64,000 bases of DNA from Octopus bimaculoides. Taxonomy: Eukaryota. The stretch covers positions 107,082,064 to 107,146,063 of the forward strand of contig NC_068982.1 in NCBI RefSeq assembly GCF_001194135.2, read 5' to 3'. Positions 50,721 to 61,612 of the stretch are shown here, piece after piece; positions within the stretch are counted from its first letter, which is position 1; every line of letters begins with the position of its first letter. The notes below the pieces were generated by a model. The model saw only the letters and a program-made list of their open reading frames with translations, did not search any database and had not been told where the DNA came from. The translations under genes and the position numbers were made by a program.

Positions 50721-51398
50721 ATTACTTAATACTTTTTAGTAGAGTACATATTAACTTTTACAATGAAAAGGTTGGCAGTGACTTCGAAATTTCGGCTTGC
50801 TCAAACTGTCTAAAGATATTCGAGATTACTTAATACTGTATGCAGATCAATGAACTCTTAAAGTATTTATTTTAGCACTTCACAATTTTGAGTTCAAATC
50901 CTTATAGGATTTCAAATTGGTCTTACAAATCGTCAACTCAGCAAACTACTATTGTATTTGTATGCGAAGATGAACTAAAGTTTAGTAGGTATTAACATTA
51001 GCTAACAAATGTACACACAAGATTAATTTCTTATTTTTAATCACTTAGTCACGAGGAGCAACGAGTATGGTCCTTTAGATGATGTTCTCAGGTTGTGGAA
51101 CCATCTAATGATGACTCTGTTCAGAAGGCTGTAATATCATTTGATAAAGGAACACGGTACAATGAATTCATAGAATGAGGCTGTAACTTTAAATACCTTT
51201 ACTCTTGGTCTCAAATATATACAAGCTGAATAATAAAGGAAAGAGTTTGATGTGTGGAGGCCATGCTCATCTTCTGTGTATTAACTCATATCTGCTAGCT
51301 GGCGTGTGTTGTACGAGAGCCAGCTAAGTCATGTCTTCACACTCTAGTGTCTCTTCGCGAAACATGAAGAGGTGAGTGTCTGAACCTGACTGTTGCGT

Positions 51399-51412
51399 GC
51401 GCCATCTAGTGG
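51399..51412 (-). promoter_or_regulatory. CTCF consensus core CCACTAGATGGCGC
   Basis: Exact match to the CCACYAGRKGGCRS pattern inside a CpG-richer patch. Confidence 0.5.
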
Positions 51413-51889
51413 CGAGCTGTTTTAAACAGCCTTCGTCAAGGGAGGTAACTGCGCCTACAATCCTTTAATCGCTTATTCATGAAAGGAAACGAGTATGGTT
51501 CTTTAGTTTCTTTAAGATAGCAGTGTAACTAAAGTGTGTGCCGCCCGTGTTTGCCGTTCCATCCAGGCTTCCTAACCGATACAGATTCCTGCAGCAGACT
51601 CAAAATTGTCACCCCATAAAAGGGGATATCTCCACCCCGTCCTTGCAACCTACTTATGTCACTGTTTTAGGGCTACTGAGACTGGAAGGGAGGAAATTAT
51701 TCTCAAACTGAAATCCTGGTCTCCATGCTGGCAACAGAGTGAACTCCACTAAAGGTATCTGAAGACCAAGTGGAAGTGGGTGTTAAACGGAGGGACTGAT
51801 TATGTCTATCACCTAAGAACGCAAACAACAAGAAAAATACAGCAAGGTATCTTCTCGACTGATACTCTAACCATTCTATCCATTCGCTC

Positions 51890-52025
51890 TTCATTTGACT
51901 GGTATTTTCATTTTATTAATCTCGAAAGATGAAAGGCGAATTTGAGCTCGGCAGGGTTTGAACTCAGGCTGGAACAAATAGTGCAAGGCATTTTGTTTTA
52001 GGCTCTAACGACTTCGCCGATTCAC
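51890..52025 (-). mobile_element. SINE family A, diverged
   Basis: gaaagatgaaaggcgaatttgagctcggcagggtttgaactcag is the reverse of the family A core. Confidence 0.7.
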
Positions 52026-52984
52026 TTCTCAGGTTGAAAAGATATTTAGACGAAGAAAAAGGAGAAAGAAAAGGATGTGGAAGAGAAAAAAGAGGAGAAG
52101 GTGAACGAAAAGAAGAAGAGAAGAAAAAGAAGAGAAGAAGAAGAGGGGGAGGGACCAAATCTTTGCAAGTTCTCCCAAACTGATGAAAATTAAGTGAATG
52201 ATGCCTAGACTGAACATTTGTAGGTCAATGACTGCTTTAAAAAAAGTGTGGGTGGAAAGAAAATGCTTGGACCAAGTAGCGGAATTAAAATGTCCAATGT
52301 TAAATTTTCTTTTGAACAAAACAAGCATCATTGGTTTTAAAAGCAATAATTTGAAATAATTATGATCAGCTGATATGTTTTCTTTTTTTTTTTTCTCTCA
52401 AACAACAGTGACAGTGTTGTCAACAACAACCCTAACACTAACAATGATTACAGCAACAAGCAAAACAGTTTAAAAAGAATTTTCTTTATCTGCATGGGTT
52501 ATTCGCACGTGATTGGGTTACTATTTGTTATTTACAATAGCTTTTATTAGGGAGATGTAGTTGAATATTATTCTTATTTACATGTGACAAAATACGAATA
52601 AAGTAGTAAAGAGTATTCAATATGTTTCGTAGAGAAATGCTATTATTATTTTGAAATTTAGTTTTTCTCCATTACTTAAATTTTCACTCTGGGGAAACGT
52701 TCATCAGATGCCATATCTACAGCTTCCTTTTTTGAAATGCTTACGTAATTATCGTTGATATTTCGCATCTTACAGTCGGCTCATTTGTTTACATCTGGTT
52801 GATGAACTAAAGTTGTAAATTGCTGTCGTAGTGTGTCAGGTAGAATTTGTTTTTGTGACAACATTTTGACATTATCTCTATTCGTTTGTTTAAAGTATTA
52901 GTCTGTTTAACTATTATATGATATTTCTGTTTTGTGCAAGTTGCCATAATTATCTAACCATATTTAATATTATATCAGACATGG

Positions 52985-53195
52985 AAGTGGTAGGCCAATA
53001 GAATCGTTACTCCGCGGGACAAAATACTTAGCAGCATTTTTTTTCCGGTTTTACGTCCTGACTTCAAATAGCACTGACGTTGACTTTGCTTTCCACCCTC
53101 TCGGGATCGATAAAATAAGTACCAGTTGAGCTCTGGAGTTGATGTAATCAACTTATCCACTTCCCTCAAATTGCTGGCCTCGTGCCAAAATAAGA
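52985..53195 (+). mobile_element. SINE family A, diverged
   Basis: gaatcgttac...cttagcagcattt...gactttgctttccaccctctcgggatcgataaaataagtaccagttgag. Confidence 0.75.
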
Positions 53196-54612
53196 AACAA
53201 TATTATATCAAACATGGGCAATCTTTTTCGAGCAGTGGGCCGCATGAGATATGGCTCATCATAAGGCGGGTCGCACTCTTGAAAAAATTCAAGGTCATTT
53301 TTCGTTGAAAGTATCTCAGCCATTTTCACTATAGAAGACCAAAAATTTAAGCATTCGGCTTTAGAAATGAAGCAAAGTAAAGTTTTGTCAATTCCAAAAT
53401 AAGACAACGTTACGCAACACGTATAATGCTGTGCGGTACATACGTGTAGTTATAGCCGCTGATTTATCGCAAGAAATTGTTATTAGCGTTGAAAACAGAA
53501 ATTAAACATAAAATCAATAATTTTCATTCGTGTCCTGAGTAGAGATGCCAATTCAAGGCTCTTGAATGTTTGGAAGGTTCTAAATTGACTCTGAAGCATG
53601 TTGAAAATTATACGGATGACTGACAACGGCAAATGTTTGTACCCACAGCGCAACAGGCATTAATAAGTAAGGGAGGTTAGACAGACATTTAATTGTTATT
53701 CTCCTTTGACACCAGCTTCCCCACACCTCTTTGAGTGAGTCAGTGAACGAGAGAGAGAGAGAGAGAGAGAGAAAAGAAACAACATTTTAATAAACGTTAT
53801 TTTCCGTATGAAACATGAAACTCGACATGTCACTCAGAAAGCCAAACGGGCCGCAGTTTTCCTATGACTATTATATACGCTAACCACTTATTCTCAATAA
53901 CTGTATGTCTTAGCCTAATAGCAAAATTTCTGATGAAATTTTCAGCCGTTTGATAAAAAATTTTGGTATTTATCAGATGTAGGCCAGGAAGTGCAGGATG
54001 GAGGAGTTATCGTTCTACTTTGTACTCAATATCTTATAATTTTTATTTAGATTGAAGCTTTTCTTTTCGATCGAAATGTTCTATTTCAATTCTAATTACA
54101 CAACCTCGTTTCTCTATTATAGGCGAATAACTTTTTTTCTTTAATTCATTCAGCTTTTAACGATATTCAGAAGATTTATACTAAATTTATTTCTTCTGGT
54201 GAATTTGTAATCAGCGAAGATTTCAATATTTTTAACTTAATTTTTTCCCCCACAAATCTTTTGGTTCTTTCAGTTAGTGTTCCATAAATTTTCATTAAGC
54301 TTGCATTTTAATTAGCTGAATTGTTAACTTAAATTTATTCTTTTTCTTTTGCATTTCATATATTTCCGGTAATTTGGAAAGTTGCTTACGTCCTTCCAAT
54401 ACAGAAAAAGTACTCAGCATCTTACGTATAAAATACAAACCTTCGAGTTTATTAAATACATATAGTAAACCATTTAAATCCACATAAGAGAAAATATAAA
54501 TAATTGAACTCAAACTATATTTTTATCTATTAATTGTCATAGCTTTCGATCAAGTCATTCCACAATTATCAAATTGCTCCTTTAGTAGAAAGTGGGTTAT
54601 ACATCTTTAGAT

Positions 54613-54915
54613 TGTATACCTGACTTTCTACTATAAAATTAAAGAAATAGACGGAACGCTGAACTCCAGACTAAACAACTTAAACAACATTTATTTACTT
54701 GGTAAAACATATATATCTTTAGTTATACATCTTTAGAGGTGAGAATAACGAGCTGTCGAGTATAAGACCGAAAGATGTAGGGACAACTTTTAAACACACG
54801 TCCATGCTCAATCGCTGGCCAGCGAGAAAGAGAATGAATTGAGCGGGAAACGCTTGCTTGTTTTATTCTACGCATGCGTAAAACTACGCATGCGCAGACG
54901 TTACTACACTCCCTT
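54613..54915 (-). mobile_element. probable LTR (TGT...ACA, about 296 bp) preceded by a polypurine tract
   Basis: Minus strand AAGGGAG|TGTAGTAAC..., internal AATAAA, ends in TATACA; the 3' boundary is uncertain. Confidence 0.45.
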
Positions 54916-55559
54916 GACTAGATATTTGAACAAAAGAAACAGATCATAACACTATGTATGTATGTCATTATTCAGTTTTATTTCAAGATTTCTTGCCAAT
55001 AGAGAAAGAAGCGGTTTCTGTGTGTATGTATGTATTGCATAATTTTATGAAATTTATATTATTTTAAGCTACACATACACACATGCATGCATACATATAC
55101 ATTGAATGTAAGTTTTATTACAATTTTTCTTATATAGAATCTGTGCTGGGCAAAAAGAAAAAAAAACTTAGCGTGATGTTTTCTGTGATTAACCACTCAG
55201 TGTTCAAACTATCAGTCACATATATCTTATGTTTCTCTGAGAAATTCCTCATTGATGAAGGTGTATGTGTAATTAGAAAATGGTTTAGCGCTGCACTTGT
55301 GCATAACGATATTTTTTTCCGCAATTCGTTTGAGATGTTATCTTTGCTTCATAAATAATTGCTTTTTTACGCATCTTCCATTAAAAAGGACAAGTCTTTT
55401 TTGCATTACCAGGTGTATCACCATTGCAAGAATCGCAAAGTACTAAAAATTTCTGCAATCCTGAAGCGATGTAAATCAAGAACTCATTGTAATAATTAAC
55501 ATAAACATTTATTTACATGAAAGAAAATTATCGGGGAACTTTCATCTAATTCTTCCAAA

Positions 55560-55866
55560 TTCTTCAGTTAAAACTGTATTGAAACCTTTTGTAGGGATTT
55601 TTTTTATCACAGCAACTGGTCGCACACCACAAGGTTTAACGGTACCTACTGAAGCAAGCCAGCACGCTGGCAGCATTACCACAGGCAATGACGAGCCTAA
55701 GGCGTTGAGAAAATCAAGCGCCCTCACAGGCATCACCTGACATCTCGGCGAGGCGAGCTGCCAACGTTGACAAGGACTTCGCGGCTAGTGGCTCAGTCCC
55801 TCCGAACGTCTCAAACGCCACAGGCTGGAATTGATAATTCACTGTCAGGTCCCGATACTTCAGGGC
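55560..55866 (-). mobile_element. CRE-like non-LTR element, C-terminal endonuclease remnant
   Basis: ALKYRDLTVNYQFQPVAFETFGG...LSTLAARLAEMSGD.CEGA*FSQRLRLVIACGNAASVLAS; this frame is not in the ORF track. Confidence 0.65.
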
Positions 55867-56955
55867 ATTTTTTTTTCTGACATTAGAACTTTTGGAGAAG
55901 GATATAATATTTGACTAATATTTTATTTCATTGATTCCAGAAGGATGAAAAGCAAAGTCAATCTTAAAGATATTTGAACTCAGAACGTAAAAAAGAAAAA
56001 CTTACCATATTTGATGGCATAAAAGACACCCGGGCATACCGGACGCCCTCCAATACTGAGGTAAAGAGGAGACATAATTTCGCATATAGGACACAGGGTG
56101 AGGTTTTGAAGCATCTTTTTCTTAAAAGAAAAAGGGGACTTCTTATATGTCATCAAATACGATAACTTGAAATTGCAAGGTATTCTGCCAATTCTGCCCA
56201 AATCACCGAATTCATTCTATCCCTCTACTGCTGCAGTTTTCTCCACCATTGTTGCTTTCAAGTTAATAGGTTTCTTAACTTGGCATAAAGACGTAAATTT
56301 ACAGAGCAGGGCGTCTACTTCTGATATACAACAAGTACTTATCTCGGTGGCGTTTGATCACATAACATTTCGTAATCAAAAACTGTGAAATATTAGTTCG
56401 GTACAATGCTGCTTCTTCCTTCTCAGCATAATTGGTACTTATTTTTTCGATCTCTGAGGAATATGAAATTAGAGCATATACGTTGCTAATCAAGGTGCAT
56501 TTCTATTTCTATCATCTACTGTCCTCTCGCTTTAAATTAAAATTTGTAATTCATAACTATTGTTAATCGATGCATATGGTGACGGCTTTATTGGATCAAA
56601 CAGGTGTATTAGCAACTCTGTATTAGAAAGCCTATTAAATGTTAAACACCATAAATAACAAAAGTCTTTATCAACATCTAACGAGATTAATTAAGTAAAA
56701 TTTAAAAGAAACTTTCGTAAAATTGTTTTTATTTATAGTTATTGATAACGAATTATAAAGGGGCTTAACATTAATTCAGCACACGGAATTGTCAGCCAGT
56801 CAAGGCATCATCTGGAAAGTGAACCAGAGAAAATTGAACCGTAGGAGTACTTAAAAACACATGAGAAACACTTTGATGGAGGAGTGTGGTACTGTGACAA
56901 CGGATGGACTTAGGACACTGATCATGGAATGAGATATGTGATGCGTCTTTGCATT

Positions 56956-57348
56956 TTTTACTCTTTTACTTGTTTCAGTCATTTGACTGCGGCCATGCTG
57001 GAGCACCGCCTTTAGTCGAGCAAATCGACCCCAGGACTTATTTTTTGGAAGCCTAGTACTTATTCTATCGGTCTCTTTTGCCGAACCGCTAAGTTACGGG
57101 GACGTAAACACACCACCATCGGTTGTCAAGCGATGTTGTGGGGGACAAACACAGACACACAAACATATACAACACATACATATACATATATACGATAGGC
57201 TTCTTTCAGTTTCCGTCTACCAAATCCACTCACAAGGCTTTGGTCGGCCCGAGGCTATAGTAGAAGACACTTGCCCAAGGTGCCACGCAGTGGGAATGAA
57301 CCCGGAACCATGTGGCTGGTAAGCAAGCTACTTACCACACAGCCACTC
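56956..57348 (-). mobile_element. SINE family B, full length, young-looking
   Basis: tRNA-like head GAGTGGCTGTGTGGTAAGTAG...GGTTCATTCCC, internal (CA/TA)n, tail gtaaaagagtaaaa. Confidence 0.9.
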
Positions 57349-59361
57349 AGTTATCTTCCAGGCATATTGCTTTGAGTTTTCTATTCTAACGCTTTGACGT
57401 TTTTATGGTGAACCTGTATATTTTCCTTTTATAATTGTCCCATTTTATTTATACTTGTATCAAATTTTATATAAAACTGCAGTGAGTCAGGAAAGATCTA
57501 TTTTGTTGTCGTGGCATTGTTCAGGGCTGGATCTGTTTAAATACAAATGGCAGTGATCTGCCTTAGTAGTGAAACGGCAGTTTCAAGTCAGTTGGTGAAC
57601 AGACGGCCTAGAGGTAATATCTCTTTCTTTGAAATGCAACGATTTTTGCGTTCACCACCAATTTCACGGAACTCACTTGAATAATATCAGCTACAACTCT
57701 GCTTCAAAATGTGCGGTACATTCTAGTTCTTATTAACTTACAACAGCTTCTACATAACACTTCTGTGTAAGAAGTAAGTCATGAGATTTTTCCAGTCTCG
57801 CATATACGTGTAGATGATTCGCATAAACCTGCAGTTTAATCATTGTTACTACTTGCCAACATTCGTTTTATTAACATAAAGTTTTCAATGTTTCGTTGTA
57901 AATGAGCTGCCTTCTGACATTCTTTATACGCGCTTATCAAAAGCACACTGGAATAGACTCTCTCACGAATACTCTTCATACATTAAATCACAGAACACTC
58001 GCGCCAAATTAGTGACCACACACTAAAAAAATTAACAGGGAACAGCCAACATTTTTTACCACCCACCGTATTGGATTTTCGGGGTCCTTGTTTCTTTTCA
58101 ATCAACATTTCGAGTTCAATAACTCGTTAAAATCTGCAAGCACTCTATTTTAACTATAAATTAATTTGCATTTTGAGATTTGTTTTAGAAGTGCAAATCT
58201 TATGGCGATTCCATTGTTTTTATCTCAGTACGGTCTTGGAGAAAATAAACCATTAATTAAAATACTTTAATTTGTTTGAAGTATTTTCCACGGAACTAGA
58301 GTGTTCAGTTAGTAAACAAAAGTTGTTTTGTGCCTTGTACGTGATTTTGTCTATTTGCTACGAAATAAAAAAAAAAACTGAACGAACATCTCCTACGTGT
58401 AGTGATTCTATAATTTTTGTCGAGGGTTGTAACTCCAGGTTGGCCTTGATTAAGCGAGTCAATGATCAAAGGCATTTTAGCTATAACCATCGATTTTTTT
58501 TCCAAAATTTGTGTCGCCGCATTATATCAATAATCAATGAGAATAAGGTGAATTTTTAAGTAGTCGACCAGCTTCCTCGTATTGCCACGTAAAAATTTCA
58601 ACGAGCTAACGGGGAACCTGATAAGTTGAGGACTTATCAATGAATTTTATTCATAAGAAATATATTAGAAAGACGGCCATCCCCTCTCAAGAGGTTAAAT
58701 CAATAATAAATGAGTTATACATCTGGTACGTATGTAAATATGCTGCTGAAACTCAATGACCTGAAGTTATTCAAGGATTTTTTTTTTAATGAATGTGTAG
58801 CACATCAAATCTGAGTGTTGTAACATGTCAACAGTCTTTTTTTTCGCAAACTAAATCGTCGACTCGATTACAATTCTTAGAGTTTATTATACATCACATT
58901 CGACGCGCCTGCAAATTCGATTGTGGAAGAGGGTTAGGCCTCAGCAAATTCATTTGCTCATTACGCATTATACGACGACTGGAGCTACATGAGCTAAAGA
59001 AGGTTCCTCTACATGGACACTCGATCTATTAGAACTAGTAGTCAAATATCCTTGAAACTTCTCTCTATCATTATAGAAGGACAATACTGGAAAATGTTCT
59101 TCATACGTAAAAAAAGATAAGATAGTTACAACTAGGACATCTTTGATCACAGATCTGCTCAACTAGAGAATAAACAATAACAGCAATAAAACCTTCAGCG
59201 GTAACTGTACAAATGAACATATTACAATCCTAAAACCAAACATCTCCCTAAAACTGTATTTCTAATCTTTCACTGTTATATGTATACCAGTATAACTACA
59301 GCTCAACCCATAACGATTATAGTAATGTTACATGTCACCTATTTACTTTCACTAGCAAAGT

Positions 59362-59662
59362 TGTTGTTGTTGCCACTCCGTCGCTTACGACGTCGAAGGT
59401 TCCACTTGATCCGATCAACGGAACAGCCTGCTCGTGAAATTAACGTGCAAGTGGCTGAGCACTCCACAGACACGTGTACCCTTAACGTAGTTCTCGGGGA
59501 TATTCAGCGTGACACAATGTGACAAGGCTGGCCCTTTGAAATACAGGTACAACAGAAACAGGAAGAAAGAGTGAGAGAAAGTTGTGGTGAAAGAGTACAG
59601 CAGGGTTCGCCACCATCCTCTGCCGGAGCCTCGTGGAGCTTTAGGTGTTTTCGCTCAATAAA
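59362..59662 (-). mobile_element. SINE family C, 5'-truncated
   Basis: Reverse complement of about 17590-17873; TSD-like CACTAGCAAAGT / CACTGGCAAAGT. Confidence 0.88.
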
Positions 59663-60403
59663 CACTGGCAAAGTAGTATTATACTAATATACACGTGACT
59701 TTTGAAATCTGACAGAGCGGCACGCTGACAGGAAATACCTTAGAGTATTTAGATTTGTCCTTCTACATTATACATTCAAATGCGATTGGATTCGAGTTTG
59801 GTTTTCATCTACTCGAGGTCGTTAAAATAAGTACTAGTAAAAATACTAAGATCGGCTCAATCAACTATAGTCCTCCCCAATAGTGACTCTAGAATTATAC
59901 CAATGTAAGAAATATACTTCCAAGATGTTTCTTATCCCAATGCAGTCTAATATTGATTTTATACAATCTGTAGTCGATACAATAAGAGCTAGTAATGGAT
60001 AAGTAGTTTGATTAAATTTTAAGGTACAAAATAATTTTATCAGAAAACATCATAAATGAACATATGTGACGGATGAAAAAATGTGCTGAATTTAATTTCT
60101 TCAGACGATACCAATCAAAGAATATAAGACACAAAGCGTCAACAGTTATTTTAGGGTTTAATCCATTAAAAACCTAAAACATATTTTGTTAATAAATCTA
60201 TCAAAAGAACTATTTCATGAAGGCGAACTTGTAAAATGGACTGAAAGTAAATAAGACCGCAAAGAAGTACCACTCGACTTGTATCTAAGAATGAGGTAAA
60301 AATATGAAATGGTTGAATGAAAAAAAAAGTATCTACACCATACAAGTCTGTGTGTCTCTTGGAAGGTTAGTTTACACTATTTGTCCACAGAGAAGCGTAT
60401 TAT

Positions 60404-60470
<67 letters not shown>

Positions 60471-60682
60471 CTTTTCCACTCTAAGTACAAGGTCCGAAAT
60501 TTTGGGGGAGGGGGCCAGTCGATTAGATCGCCCCTAGTACGCAACTGCTACTTAATTTATCGACCCCGAAAGGATGAAAGGCAAAGTCGACCTCAGCGGA
60601 ATTTGAGCTCAGGACATAAAGACAGACGAAATATCGTTTGGTATTTCGCCCGGCGTGCTAACGTTTCTGCCAGCTCGCCGCC
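60471..60682 (-). mobile_element. SINE family A
   Basis: Reverse complement of 585-760; source of ORFs 60304-60537 and 60381-60686. Confidence 0.88.
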
Positions 60683-61543
60683 TTAATATACATATATAAA
60701 GAGAGAATGAGGGATGGTATAATACTGGCTTTCACTTCATGCACATCATGTCGGATCCTTGCTAGCGTCGAATTTCGAAATCAAAAGGAGATCCGCAAGT
60801 CTTCGATTGATGTAAATGTCTTAAATACCTACAGGAGATATCAAGTGAAAGCTACATGTTCGGTCTATTTACATGTTGTGAGACGCGCAAATTAACTTAT
60901 TCTACAACATTTATTTGGTCAATGGTGCCTTCAAATCATAACATCGGAGGAAGCGAATGGATTACAGAATTGTTACACATTTCTATATATCATAACATGG
61001 ATTGCACAACAGAGTATGAATTGCATAACATTGTATGAGATATGGAATAAATATATTGTCCGTATACGAAAATAATTGTAATGTCCATTTGACTTCTTTA
61101 CTCATTTGAATTATTACTCTTATATGTGTGTATATATTAACACACACACATACATATACAGGACGAAGCTGAAGACGTGTTTTGTTGGTCTCATTATCTT
61201 TGATGTGGCACACACACACATACGCATACGCGCACGCGCACACACACACACACACACCACTAAAAAAATTAAAGGTTAAACACTGCTTCAACATCACCTA
61301 TTTATTTAATTTCCAAACTATTGGTGAGACAATTATAAAAAGTATCTTTATCATTAACCCTTGTTCATCATGTTAGGAATATAAATAGATGAGATAAGAG
61401 TATGACTAAAAAAAAAAAGAGACTGAAACAAAAGACAAAAAAAAAAAAGAAAAAAGAAGGGGTGGTTCACATATTTTATGAAGTTAACTTTTTTTTCCAA
61501 TGTTGACTAATATCATTGACAAACTGAATTTTGGATAGTTTAC

Positions 61544-61612
61544 CTGTAAAGGAAGCCATATTGTTCTTTATCGTCTCCAAGAGGTTTACTGAGTTTGTAG
61601 CCAAAGTTTTCT
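61544..61612 (-). CDS. DNase I-family gene, most 5' exon found in the window (E78 exon)
   Basis: atcttttatttttcag acceptor and GTAAAC donor; 69 nt, phase 2 to 2; ENFGYKLSKPLGDDKEQYGFLY(R) aligns with TYHYVVSEPLGRNSYKERYLFLFR. Confidence 0.88.

Noticed and set aside
53153-53407. ILSTKNDLEFFQE resembling the DNase E39 exon
   Set aside because: It lies 3' of the E78 exon (wrong order), lacks splice sites and runs into a SINE.
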